Assembly (NCBI RefSeq): GCF_004010195.1
Contig: NC_057749.1
Coordinates: 11,513,540-11,577,539 of the forward strand
Length of the DNA stretch: 64,000 nt
Origin: Chiloscyllium plagiosum
Taxonomy: Eukaryota
Reading direction: 5' to 3'
Below, piece after piece: positions 12,155 through 24,829 of the stretch. The notes under the pieces are model-generated. The model was not told the origin of the DNA and searched no databases. It was given only the letters and a program-made list of their open reading frames with translations. Numbering within the stretch: position 1 is the stretch's first letter; each line of letters opens with the position of its first letter. Made by a program: the position numbers and the translations under genes.

Positions 12155-13634
12155 GTGAGTCACCAGCTACATTTAACTATGCTGTGAATTTCAGGATATT
12201 AAGTAGTCAGTTGTACAATGGTTCAAGGCCAGATGGCAGGAAATGACAGAAGGCAACTTATTTTTTTTCCTTAAATTTCTCGAACCTGATAGATGTAGTT
12301 CCAACTGATAGAGTTCTGACAGAAAGTTGTGTGTCAAATAAAGGATGTTACCATATTAACTAAGTTGGTGAAGAAAATCTGTAACTGAGCCATTTCAACT
12401 CGGCTGATTCCTCAGCTGTTCTGATACAGAAAAGTGGTAATGGAGAGGTTTGCGATTAACTTTACCATCTAAATTAGGTAGTAGAAATATCAACCAGGGT
12501 TCGGGTTCTTTTTCTTGGTTGCGAGCCTGTGATCCCTCCTAGAAGATACAGAGAAATATAGAACGTAGGAAGAGGCCATTTGGACCTTTTGAGCCTGCTC
12601 TGCCATTCCTCACGATTGTGGCTGATTTTCCAACTCAGTGGCCTAATTCTGCTTTCTCCCCATAACCTTTGATCTCATTTGCCCCAAGTCCTATATTTAC
12701 CTGCCCCTTGAAGACATACCATGCTTTGGCATCAACTACTTTGTGGTAATGAATTCCACAGGCTCACCACTCTTTGGTGAAAAAATGCCTCCTCATCTCC
12801 ATCCTAAATGGTCTACCCTGAATCCTCAGACTGTGATACCATTGCGAACATCCTCTCTGCGTTTACCCTATCTGGTCCTGTTAGAATTTTAAGTCTCTAT
12901 AAGGTTTCCCCTCATTCGTCTGAACTCCAGCGAAAATAATCCTAACCTAGTCTATCTATTTCTCGCACGCCAGTCCTGCCATCCCTGGAATCAACCAGGT
13001 AAATCTTCACTGCACTCCCTCGAGAGCAAAAACATCCTTCCTCAGAAAAGGAGACCAAAACTACACACAGTATTCTAGGCGTGGCCTCACCAAGGTCCTG
13101 TATAACTGCAACAATGTATTGCTGTTCCTCTACTCAAAACCTATTGCAATGAAGGCCAATATACCATTCGCCTTCTTTACAACTGGCTGCACCTGCATGC
13201 TTACCTTCAGCAACTGGTGCACACGGCATCCAGATCCAGCTGCACCCCCTCCTCTCCTCTCCCAATTGATCGCCATTCAGGTAGTAATTTTCCACCTTGT
13301 TTTTGCTTCCAAAGGGAATAACCTCACATTTATCCAAATTATACTGCATCTGCCATTAAATTGTCCGTTCACCCAATCGGTCCAGATCATGCTGAAGGAT
13401 CTCTGCATCCTCGTCACACTTCGCCCTCCCACCCAACTGCAAACTTTGAGGGAACAAAATGTAACATCTCATTCAAATCAAGGAATATATATTGTGAATA
13501 GCTGGGATCCCAGCACCAATCCCCCTGACACAGTGCTCGTTGCAGTTTGAAAAGGATCCACTGATTCCTACAATTTGCTTCCCCTCTGTCAACCAGTTTT
13601 CTATCCAACTCTATACATTTCCTCCAATCCCATG

Positions 13635-14264
13635 TGTTATGGATGAGGCCAGACCACTCAAAACATACTTAAGCAGACAGCCCGGACCATAACTTTGCAA
13701 TTTGTTTTGGTATGTGTACATTGAAAATTAACTGGAGTAAGTTAGTAAGTTGACTGCTAGCTTTTAGAACAGACAAAAATTTATTTACAAAATTACACAA
13801 TGAAGCATACAGAACAGAATAAAGAACCCCAACAGAACTCAGTCTATCCAAACTAGATTTAATTATGCTATTCTGAATATACACAACAGTCCCAATAAGC
13901 AAACTCCCTTTAAAAACCAATATAAATGGAGCATATGCTTACAGGTTGATTTTTGAAGGGCAGAGAGAGTTTCCACACAGCTCACTGTTGAACTTCTCAC
14001 CAGTTCAAGACTGAACTAAACTGCTCAGCTAGAGAGCTGACCACTCTCCTTTCATTATACAGGTCACATCTAAAACATGACCACTTTTGGCTTGAAGTCT
14101 CATTTGCTTACATATAAACAAAAGGCCTCTCAAAATCCTTTTCATCTCTGTACCAAACCAGACTGATTGGAGTCTGGCCTGGTTTATTATCCCCCTGAAA
14201 AAATCAAGGACAGCGTATCCTTGAGCCAAGGAACAGCTTTTACAAGAAAAAGGGCATTGTCTCA
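13635..14264 (-). repeat. 3' LTR of the Gmr1-like element
   Basis: Begins tgttatgga, ends ctca next to the polypurine tract; aligns with 18866-19478. Confidence 0.85.
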
Positions 14265-15352
14265 CCTCTTTTTCCTCTCTCTCTCTCCCCCCCCCCCCCC
14301 CCCAACAAAAAGAAAATGAGCCATGAATACCAAAAGATGGCTTCATTTTTAATCCTTCAAAACCCGGTTAGTAGTCTGAACACACACATACACTATAACT
14401 ATAAATATACAAGCATGCACAACCCCATGCAAAATCAGGCTGTGGTGCACTCACCACCGAATCCCTCCGTATCTCATTCAAGTCTCGATAACATATTCGA
14501 GTCATGTTTTCGCGACCTTCCACTTGCACAATTGTCAAATTGAATGGCTGCAACAACAAGCTCCATCTAAAAAGTTTGGCATTTTTGTCCTTAAATTTTT
14601 CCATAAATGTCAATGGGTAGTGATCAGTGTATACGAGGGTTTCAGATGCATTGATAATTTAAACACTGCAATGTTGTACTGCCAACACCAAGCTTAAAGT
14701 CTGTTTCTCCATCATTGAATATTTCTGTTGATGAACGTTCAACTTCCCGGAACAACACCCAATGGGTCTTTCTATTTCCTTGTCATCCTACTGCAGGAGT
14801 ACCATACCGACACCCACAACACTGGCATTGATAGTCATCTTGAAAGGCTTCATGTCATCCAGTGTAACTAATACAGTCTTTAGGCTGTCAAATGCCTTTT
14901 GACAGTCCGCTGTTCGCTGAAACTTCTTGCCCTTTTCAAATAATTCAGTGAGTGGAGCAGCCAAACTGCTAAAGTTCAGCACAAACTTTCAATAAAATCC
15001 ACTTGACCCCAGGAACCGCTTTTTTTGTCGACTGTGTGGGAAATTGCCCAATTATTTTGACTTTTGCATGCCGTGGGGCCATTTGTCCATGTCCAGTAAT
15101 ATGGCCCAGGCTTGGTGACTTAGGCTTTGGCAAATTCACTTTTAGCTAGGTTTACCATTCAGCCTGCCTTCCGAAGTCAATTGCACAAGTTTGATAAATG
15201 CTGTAAATGTTTCTTCCATGAGTGACTAAAAATCACCAGGTGATCAATATACACCACACAGTTGGGTAATCCAGCGATGACCTTATTAGTCAGTCTCTGA
15301 AATGTGGCTGGAGCGTTTTTCATTCCAAATGGCATGACTTTGAATTGATATA

Positions 15353-15630
15353 GGTGAAATACAATGACTGCAGATGCTGGAAACCAAATTCTGGAGTAGA
15401 ATGGTGCTGGAAAAGCATAGCAGTTCAGGCAGCATACGAGGAGCAGGAAAATCGGCAATTTGGGCAAAATCCCTTCATCAGGAATACAGACAGAGTGCCT
15501 GAAGAGGGTGGTGCTCTCTTCAGGCACTCTGTCTGTATTCCTGATGAAGGGATTTTGCCCGAAACGTCGATTTTCCTGCTCCTCGGATGCTGCCTGAACT
15601 GTGCTTTTCTAGCACCACTCTACACCAGAA
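15353..15630. mobile_element. Fold-back PLE element (family A) inserted in the Gmr1 RT, 14-bp TSD
   Basis: TSD tttgaattgatata (15339-15352) / tttgaactggtata (15631-15644); near-perfect hairpin with a short loop; RT reads ...GLYQF / YQFKVMPFG across it. Confidence 0.88.
15537..15572 (+). ncRNA. Minimal hammerhead ribozyme motif (mirror copy on the - strand at approx. 15453-15485)
   Basis: CTGATGA-a-ggg-attttg-ccc-GAAA-CGTC. Confidence 0.7.
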
Positions 15631-18600
15631 TTTGAACTGGTATAATCCATTTGGCGTTACGAAAGCCGAGATTGCCTTTGCTCTCTCTGACAGAGGTACT
15701 TGCCAATAGCTTCTGAGCAAGTCCAACTTCGAAATATAAGTTGTCTGTCCCGCCTTTTCGATACAGTCCTCCAACCAGCATGCGCTCTATCTCCTTCTGA
15801 ACCAGTGCCAACATTAGAGGGTTATGCCGATAAGGATGTTTCTTAATCGGAACCACCATCTCCTATATCTATATCATGCACAATTAGGTTAGTACTTCCC
15901 AGATGATTTCCGTGTATCTCCCCATGTGATAGTATTAATTCTTTCAGGTCATTTTGACTTTCTTGTGGACGGTAACTTAATAATTTATCACAATTATTGG
16001 CAACTTTCTCATTTACCAATTTGATTTGAGGAATGTCCAATTCAGAATCCTCTGAACTTGGCTCTTCCTTCTGTGCTGTAATCATTAACACCTTCTTGCT
16101 TTCCTTACCTATCAAAATACCTTTTGAGTATATCCACATGACACTGAGATTTCTTCCTGTCTGGAGTCCTTATCAAGTAGTTCACCCCACTCAATTTTCT
16201 CTCTATTTGACCAGGTCTACTAAACCTGGCTTTTAAAGGTTCGCCTATCACTGGAAGTAACACCAATCCCAATGGGGCAAAATTGCAAATTTGTGACTTC
16301 TTATCCTCCTCTTGTTTCATTGTATGCCATGATACTTTTAAATGCTGTCCAGCCAATCTAGCTCTACTTAATGGTTCTCTAAAATTTGACCCATAGTTCA
16401 AATGGGTGGTCTCTGAATTCTGCTTTATTAATTTCTCCTTAATCAATTTTATCAGTCCTCTTACTTCATGCCCAAAAATTAATTCAAATGGACTGAATTT
16501 GATTCATTTGGTGCATCTCTGATTGCAAGAGGTACACATTGAACTCCCTAGTCCCAATCATCAGGCTAATCCTGACCATAAGACCTCGACATGGTCTTTA
16601 GTGTTTGATGCCATCTCTCTTGCGCTCCCTACGATTCCGGCTGGTACCAGTAGATTTGAATTGCTTTATTCCCAAGTTATCCATAACCATTTTAAATAGT
16701 TTGGATGTGAAGCTTGATCCTTGATCTGACTGGATCACTATTGGCAGTCTGGATCTCGTTTAAAAAAAAAAGTTAAGTAATTCACCTACCACACCTTTTA
16801 GCTGTGATGTTGCATAATGGGATTGCGTCTGGAAACCTAGTCGACACATCCATTATTGTTAATAAATACTTATTCCCACTTTTTGTTTGAGGTAGGGGTC
16901 AATCGATCAAGACTCTTGTGAAAGGTTCCTCAAATGCTGAAGTTGATATTAAAAGTGCAGGTTTTATTTCTGCCTGTTGTTTTCCAATTAGCTGACATGT
17001 ATGATACGTCTGGCAAAATTCAACTACATTCTTATGTAGTGCAGGCCAGTAGAAATGCTTTTGTATTTTAGCCTGTGTTTTCCTCACCCCTGAATGATCT
17101 CCAAGTGGTAGCTCATGCACCACTCGCAGCACATTCTTTCTATACCCAACTGGCAAAACAATTTGATGAATCTCTGCCCATTTCTCATGTGCTTGAATGT
17201 GTGATGGTCCCCATTTCCTCATTAAGACATCATTTGTTAAGTAATTAAGACATAACTTGTTAAGTAATAACACACACAAATGCAGTCACTTTTTATCCTT
17301 TTCTGTAAATGACTTTTGATATAATAGTTTTAACTCATCTTTCTGCTATAATTCAATCAACTTTGCAGAGCTAAAGATACTTGCACGTTTACCTATTTGC
17401 TCCTTCTCTGTTCCCCATATCTGATCAGGCAAGTTGTCGGAAAATGCAATGTCAGCTTCCTTATTTGTGCCTTTCGTTCCCTCCTGCATCAGCTTGTGCC
17501 TCTGTGATCTTGTGATCACAAAACCAGGGAAAATTCCTGGAAAAACATTCTCCATGTCTTAAGTTGCCTGCGTCTTCTGGCTTTTCAACTAGAGCAGGCA
17601 GCATGCCTACTAGTGAATCAGCTATATCATTTGCAAGGACAAATTGCATTCCTGGAGCTGAGAGTTTGTCCAGTACTCCTACCACAAATTCTCCACTCTT
17701 CTCTGGACTCTCTAGCCTCTCTTTACGTAACTGAGCACATTTTGACGCACCATGAATTCCTGTTCCCGGTACCTTTTCTGGCAATAGTTCCTCTGGAGTA
17801 CATATCTCCTCAGCACTACAGACTCAGAGAATCCTGTGGTCCTTAATGTTGTAACTTCCTTACCTATTGCTCCTGGCCTATGTGAATCAACTTTACCCGT
17901 ACATGTATATTTTTTAAGCAGGCCTGGCACTTCCTCCTTTATCAACCTCTGATCATCTTGTGCACTCTGAGGCAGTTGTCTAATTTCCCTTGAGCTTTTT
18001 GTTACTTGTCCAACAAAACTCCCAGGCTTGTCTAGTTTTCCTACATCTGGCTTTCTCTTAGCCCACAGCACTGATTTTATGTGTCCTGCTTTATTACAGT
18101 GAAAACAATGGAACTTTTTAACTTCTTTGTCTCCCTCAAGGGTTTCCTTATTACCTTGTGGTAAGTTATCCATATGGCCTTCATTGAGGTTGACCATTCC
18201 CTTTCCACGTGAGAATTTTTCTTTTCCCCAATTTCTATCCCTCATGGACTGAAATTGATCCTGGAAGCCAAACCATGTTTTATGGACCAGCTCATAAGCG
18301 TCAGCCACTTCAGCTGCTAATCTTGTTGTTTTAACTCTCTGCTCTTCCACATGAGTTTGCATTACTTCCTCACTAAACCTACCCTCAGCCTTTATCTCCA
18401 GCCTTTAAAGTGTCCGTTTTTGAAGTTCAAAAGCACTCTTTTTCTTTCTCTGTCTTTTTCCCCTCTTCTGCTTTTAATCGTAATTCAAACTGGGTCATTT
18501 CTGCTGCCTTTTCATTATCTCTTGCCTCTAACTCAAGCTGCTTCATTTGCAATTGAATTCTTGCTATCTCTATAGATTCTGAGGGTTTCTCCAGCAAGTT

Positions 18601-18865
18601 TAAATGCTGAGCTACTGCTGTAGTTCTCTCTCCTTTTCCTCACCAAAACAGCCAGTTCCAATACCAGCTTCTCTAATTCCTGCAATTTGGTCATCTTTAC
18701 TTTGTGCAAAACTTCCAAAGTCACTGCATACATATCAGTCACCAAAAGTTTTCTGGATAAGAGCCATTCCTATCCTAAGCTTTGTCTGCCCAATCAAACC
18801 AATACCCGAAGTAAAAACACTGGTACATACCACTCACTGTTTAAGATCCCAGATGTCCCCCAATC

Positions 18866-19478
18866 TGTTATGGACTGGGCGAGGCGACTCAAAACATTCT
18901 TAAGCAGGCAGCCCAGGACATAACTTTGCAATTTGATTCGGTAAGTATACAGTGATATTTACTCAGAGTAAGTTATTTGATTGACTACTAGATTTTAGAA
19001 CAAACAAAAATTTATTCGCAACATTACACAATGAAACACACAGAACAGAATAAAGAACCCCTACAGAACTCAACCTATCCAACTGGACTTAATTATGCTG
19101 TTCCGAACATACACAACAGTCCCAATAAGCAAAATCCCTTTAAAACCAGTATAAATGGAACACATTATTACAGGTTGATTTTTAAGGGCAGAAAAAGAGT
19201 GTTTCCACACAGCTCACTGTTGAACTCCTCACCAGTTCAAGACTGAACTAAACTGCTCAGCTAGAGAGCTGACCACTCCCCTTTCAATAATCCGGTCACT
19301 TCTAAAACATGACCACTTTGGCCTGAAGTCTCATCTGCTTACATATAAACAAAAGGCCTCTCAAAATCCTTTCCATCTCTGTAAAAAACCAGACTGATTG
19401 GAGTCCGGCCTGGTTTATTATCCCTCTGAAAAAATTGAGGACAGCGTTTCCTTGAGCAAAGGGACTAGCTTTGTGATA
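18866..19478 (-). repeat. 5' LTR of the Gmr1-like element
   Basis: Begins tgttatgga, ends tgtgata; PBS lies immediately internal. Confidence 0.85.
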
Positions 19479-19839
19479 CATATTCTTTAATATTGCACAA
19501 CAATATCGTATGCAGGACTTGTTAAAATACGTTCTGAAAATCCAAATATGCCACATTGACTGGTTCCCCCTTGTCAACTGTACTAGTTACTTTTTCATAC
19601 ATGTGCACGAGTAGATTTTGGATCGGTAATGCTGAAACGATTAATCTCCAGTCGAGACATCTTTTTTTAGGAGGAGTGAACTTTTGGCAAAACAAAATAA
19701 TCAGGGTACCTGATGGTCTGAGGGGTGATTTTTAAAAACAATCTTATTGGTGGATAATATGCTTGTGACTAATCATTGTGGTCTTTTGTTTTGGATGGTT
19801 TATGCAGAATCTATGATTTTTTTTTCCTTTGTCAACTGC

Positions 19840-20165
19840 AACATTATAGAGTCATATTGCACAGAAACAGATCATTTGGTCCAGCTAGTCCATGCCGACC
19901 ATAATTCCAAAATAAACTGGTCCCACCTACTTGCGCTTGGCCTCTATCCCTCCAAACATTTCTTAGTCCTGTGCTTATCTAAATGTCTTTTAAACGTTGT
20001 AACTGTACCTGCATCCACCACTTCCTCTCAAAGTTCATTCTACACATTAACCACTCTGTATTTTAAAAAAAATGCCCTTCATGTGTTTTTTATTTAAATC
20101 TTTCTCCTCTGACCTTAAAAATGTGCCCCTTAGTCTTGAATTCCCCAACCATAGGGAAAAAACAC
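19840..20165 (-). mobile_element. CR1-like LINE 3' fragment
   Basis: Same tail family as 1480-1790. Confidence 0.7.
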
Positions 20166-20504
20166 AGGAGAGGGTTTGAAGGTAGATTAATAGGAGGAAG
20201 ATGATTCAATTGAACTTATATATTACTGCATTGTAATTCTTCGTTAGAATAACAATTTTCACAATGTGATTTTGCTGACTGGTTAGTACAGAAGCTGAAA
20301 TTGTATTCTCCACAGAAACTTCAATAATAAGTGGCTGAGATTTTTAATCCTTCAATGATCTGTCTAAACACTGGTTAGCACTGTAGCTTTTACATAGTGA
20401 AGCAACTCTTTGCTGGTAATTACTTGCAGTCTGCACAAGAAGAGTTTTGCTCTAATTTGGACAGATGCTGTGAATTCTGAATAAGCCCCACTTCATAGGT
20501 TGAG

Positions 20505-20652
20505 AACTGAAGAAGGGCATGAGCCCTTCTTCAGGAAAAAGGGCTCATGCCCGAAACGTCGATTCTCCTGCTCCTTGGATGCTGCCTGACCTCCTGCGCT
20601 TTTCCAGGAACACATTTTCAGCTCTGATTTGCAGTCTTCACTTTCTCCTAGA
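20505..20652 (+). mobile_element. PLE 3' end (family A) with a locally inverted hammerhead segment
   Basis: ctgaagaagggcatgagcccttcttcagg palindrome followed by aagggctcatgcccgaaacgtc and the family A tail. Confidence 0.7.
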
Positions 20653-21629
20653 GGTACAGGACATCTGTCTTATTATTCTATTATTGGGCTAATAGCTTCA
20701 GTTGTCATTTCAAGTCTAATTTGCCATTCAGACTCTGCAAGGAGTTGATTTACACTGAATATTTGATGTTTTTGTCATATGTAAGTGTATTAATTTAATT
20801 TTGTTGATGACTTGAACTACCTGTCAGCTTTGGTTTTCACTTCAAGTGTATCACTTCAGTTGTTTCCCATTTACAGCAACAAGCTTGAAATGATTTTCAG
20901 TCCATTTACCTCTGGATGCATGTCCAGTGGACTAAATTGCAGCTCTAACTATTACTATAGTAACTGCAGGTAATGAAATTTATTTCAAAGATCAAACAGC
21001 CTTGGAAAGCAGTTCTTAGTCACTCCTGTTTCATTTGGCCTGTAATAATGCAATGAAAAACTGGAAGCTGATTATTGAGCCGAGTTGAAATTGTTATATG
21101 ACGTGGTACTTTACTGTGGATATCTTGCTTTCATTGTGCCATAATGGAACCATTGACATCCCCTGTTGCTTCTGCCTCTGCCTATCAGCAGATCAGCATG
21201 AAAAATATAGTAAGTACTGAGCAAAACCAAAGCTCAGATATTATACTGTAGTCTTTGAAGCGCATGAGCACAGTTGTAAAAGCATCTTGTCATCCAATGC
21301 TTTTTTATCCCCCCTTGCATCTTGAATGATCTGTCAGATAATGCCTCTTCATGCTGATTCTTCTGCTTGAGTATTTGAGTCATATAAATTCTATGGATAA
21401 CAACTAGTCAAAAAGTGAGGCAGATGGAAGTGGATACAATATTTGGAAAATCAAATATGATTATGGATCAAAAAATCACTTGGCAAGATAGTGGGAAAGG
21501 GGATAGTAAAGCTTTGCCCTTTATTTATGGACCTGGTTTAATGTTTCTTATGTTGTGGCCCATCTGAGGCAATATTATTAGGTGTTAACCATTGCATCAA
21601 CAAGGTAGTTACTGGATTAAAATAAAGAG

Positions 21630-21790
21630 CTCTAGTAGAAATTGCTAGAGAAATTTAGCAGGCTTTGTAGTATCAATGGAAAGAAAGCAGAGTTAATGTT
21701 TCAAGTCTAGTAGCCTTCTTAAGAACAGAACTGTATGTCCATAGATGCAGTCTGCTGAGTTTCTCCTCCAATTTCTGTTATTGTTTTTAG
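21630..21790. mobile_element. Old fold-back PLE element (family E)
   Basis: agaaattgctagagaaatttagcagg...ctgctgagtttctcctccaatttct inverted arms, heavily decayed. Confidence 0.5.
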
Positions 21791-21852
21791 TTAATATTGA
21801 AAGTTGCCATTTGCATGTCACAATGTTGTTTGCCCCTTTCATTGAACTTTAG

Positions 21853-21977
21853 GCTCCTGGATTTGGGTTTGGAATTGCCATATCCGGAGGAAAAGATAAT
21901 CCACATTTCCAAAGTGGGGAAACTTCAATTGTAATTTCTGATGTTTTGAAAGGAGGCCCTGCTGAAGGATTGCTACA
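21853..21977 (+). CDS. TJP1: TJP1 exon (approx. 3), PDZ1: [41 protein letters not shown]
   Basis: tttag/gtgagt boundaries; 125 nt; carboxylate-binding GFGF loop of ZO-1 PDZ1. Confidence 0.97.
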
Positions 21978-22103
21978 GTGAGTACAGTTAACCACATAAT
22001 TTCTCCTCTCTTACCATCTGATGAACTTGTGTGATTGTTGCCCTTATTGTTAGCAAGTAATGCTAAATATTGGATGTAATCAATACACTGTTGACTGTGT
22101 TCT

Positions 22104-22193
22104 CAAGAAGGGTCACTGAACTCAAGGTTAACTTCCCTTTCTCGCACTGATGCTGCCAGACCTGAATTTTTCTAGTGATTTCTGCTTTTGTTT
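22104..22193 (+). mobile_element. Single PLE 3' end (family E) with degenerate TSD
   Basis: aagaagggtcactgaactc...gatgctgccagacctg...; flanks cactgttgactgtgttctc / cactattgattgtattttc. Confidence 0.55.
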
Positions 22194-22289
22194 CACTATT
22201 GATTGTATTTTCTAAATTTGTAATCTATCAATTACTTCTCAATTACCCTGGGAAGTGTAGATATACTTCAGTAAAATAAGATTCCCCAT

Positions 22290-23380
22290 GGTAGGCTACT
22301 GCACAAAATATGGAGGCATGGATTGTGGGTGATTTAGCAGAAATTGGATCAGAAATTGGCTAGCTGAAAGAAGACAGAGGGTGGTGGTTGATGGGAAATA
22401 TTCATCCTGGAGTTCAGTTACGAGTGGGGTACCGCAAGGATTTGTTTTGGGGCCACTGTTTATAATTTTTATAAATGACCTGGTTGAGGGTATAGAGGGA
22501 TGGATTAGTGAATTTGCGGATGACACTAAGGTTGGTGGAGTTGTAGATAGTGATGGAGGCTGTTATAGGTTACAGAGGGACATAGATAAGCTGCAGAGCT
22601 GGGCTGAGAGGTCGTAAATTGAGTTTAATACGGAAAAGTGTGAGGTGATCCACTTTGGAATGAGAAACAGGAATAAAGAGTACTCAGCTAATGGTAAGAT
22701 TCTTGGCAGTGTAGATGAGCAGAGAGATCTCAGTCTCCAGGTACATAGATCCTTGAAAGTTGCCACCAGGTTGATAAGGTTGTTAAGGTATATGGTGTGT
22801 TAGCTTTTATTGGTAGAGGGATTGAGTTTTGGAACCAAGAAGTCATGCTGCACTGTACAAAACTCTGGAGCAGCCACATTTGGAGTGTTGCGTACAGTTC
22901 TGGTCACCTCATTATAGGAAGGATGTGAAAGGGTATAGAGAAGATTTACTAGGATGTTACCTGGTATGGAGGGAAGGTTTTAAGAGGAAAGGCTAAGGGA
23001 CTTAAGGCTGTTGTCGTTAGAGAGAAGGAGATCAAGGGGTAACATAGTTGAGACATATGATTCGAGGGTTAGATAGGTTGGACAAAGAGCCTTTTTCCTC
23101 GGATGGCGATGGCTAGTATGAGGGGACATAACTTTAAATTGAGGGGTGATAGATATAAATAGGTGTCAGAGGTAGTTTCTTTACTCAGAGTAGTAGAGGC
23201 GTAGTGCACACTGCCTGCAACAGTAGTAGACTTGCCAACTTTAAGGGCATTTAAATGGTCATTGGATAGGCAAATGGATGCAAATTGAATAGTGTGGGTT
23301 AGATGGTTCAGATTGGTTTCACAGATTGGTGCAACATCGAGAGCCGAAGGGCCTGTAGTGTGCTATTATGTTCATGTACT
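22290..23380 (+). mobile_element. CR1-like LINE ORF2 3' part
   Basis: [23 protein letters not shown]...FADDTK (ORF 22381-22617). Confidence 0.88.
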
Positions 23381-23450
23381 TGGTGTCCTTGTCAATAACT
23401 CATTGTGTTGGATCTTGATTGGACTGCAGCTGGAGTACTTAGTGTAGTTT

Positions 23451-24620
23451 TAAGACCATAAGTCATATGAGCAGAGAATGAGGGGGGAATCTTATAGAAA
23501 CATATGAAACTATGAAGGGAATAGATAAGATAGAAGTAGAGAGGGTGTTTCCACTGGCAGGTGAAGCTAGGTCAAGAGGGCACAGCCTCGAGGTTAGAGG
23601 GAGCAGATTTAGGACTGAATTGAGAAAGAACTTCTTCACCCAGAGGGATGTTAATCTAGGGAACTACTTTCCCAGTGAAGTAGTTGATGCTACTTAAGTA
23701 AATGTTTTTAAAGCTCAAGTAGATTTTTTTTGAACAACAAGGGAGTTAAGTGACATGGTGAGAGCGTGGGTAAGTGGATCTGAAAAGACCAGCCATGATC
23801 TTACTGAATGGTGGAGCAGACTCGAAGGGCTTGGATGGCCGCCTCCTGCTCCTAGATTTTATTAGGCTGTTCAGCCCATCAATTCTGCGCTGTCATTCAG
23901 CCGTAGCTGCTGGGTTTCCCAAATCCATCCTCCTGCCTTCTCTCTGTAACCCTTGATCTCCTTGAAAATCAAGCACCTATCTATCTCAGTCTTAAATATA
24001 TTCAATGACATGGCCTCCACAGCCTTCCATGACCATGAACTCTGGTTGAAGAAGTTTCTCCTTATCTCCGTTCTAAAGGGTCTTCCCTTTACTTGAAGGC
24101 TGTGCCCTCTGCTCCTAGTCTATCATACCAATGGAAACATCTTCCCAACGTCCACCCTGTCCAGGCCATTCAGGATTTTGTAAGTTTCAGTCAGATCCCA
24201 CCTTGTCCTTCTAAACTGCATAGAGTATAGACCCAGAGTCCTCAAATGTTCCTCATATGTTCAGCTTTTCATCCCTGGGATCATTCTCAGGAACCTCCTT
24301 TGAACATGCTCCAAGGTCAGTATATTGTCTCACTTTCTAATGTTGTTTTCCATCTGTCACTTCTTTGCCCACTCTCCTAACCTATTCAAATCCTCCTGCA
24401 GCTTCCCTGCCTCCTCAATACTATCTGTCCCACTACCTATCTTTGTATTGTCTGCAAACTTAGCCAGAATGCCCTCAATTCCTTCATCTAGATTGTTAAT
24501 GTATAACGTGAAAAGTTGTGGTCCCAATACTGGACCTTGCGGAACACCACTTGTCACTGGCTACCATCCTGAGAAAAACCCTTTTATCCCCACCCTCTGC
24601 TTTCTGCCAGACAAGCCAAG
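23451..24620 (-). mobile_element. CR1-like LINE (-) with a nested CR1 3' fragment (+, approx. 23478-23860)
   Basis: TSGVPQGPVLGPQLFTLYINNL...FADNTK on the minus strand; RFRTELRKNFFTQR on the plus strand. Confidence 0.8.
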
Positions 24621-24829
24621 CTTCTCTCCATGCTTTGTTCTCCTTATCTCAGAAAAGGTGTCATTACTTTCGAAGTGCAACAGTAGTTCGTGAGACTTGT
24701 TCCTAAGATGGCGGGACTATCCTCTGAAAAGACATTGGGCAAACCAGGCCTGTATATTCTAGAGTTTCAAAGAGAGGGAGGTAATCTCATTAAAATGTAC
24801 CAATATTTAAAAGAGACACGCAAGGTGGA

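Larger units (their letters stand above)
13635..19478 (-). mobile_element. Ty3/Gypsy LTR retrotransposon of Gmr1-like organisation (gag-PR-IN-RT-RH), decayed
   Basis: Direct LTRs 13635-14264 and 18866-19478; TSD catg/cata; degenerate tRNA-Pro PBS at approx. 18846-18862; PPT at 14265-14303; gag zinc knuckle CFHCNKAGH; IN zinc-binding region H...H...C..C and EEPFTRVLID; RT KLDLLRSYWQVPL...[14 protein letters not shown]...YIDH; RNase H. Confidence 0.9.
12545..19640 (-). mobile_element. CR1-like LINE (12545-13634 and 19479-19640) split by the Gmr1-like LTR element
   Basis: Antisense ORF2 fragments (QYNLDKCEVIPFG); the sequence resumes in register after the right LTR. Confidence 0.8.

Noticed and set aside
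14265..14303. Poly-C/CT tract as a standalone G-quadruplex or microsatellite feature
   Set aside because: Its position next to the 3' LTR identifies it as the expanded polypurine tract of the Gmr1-like element.
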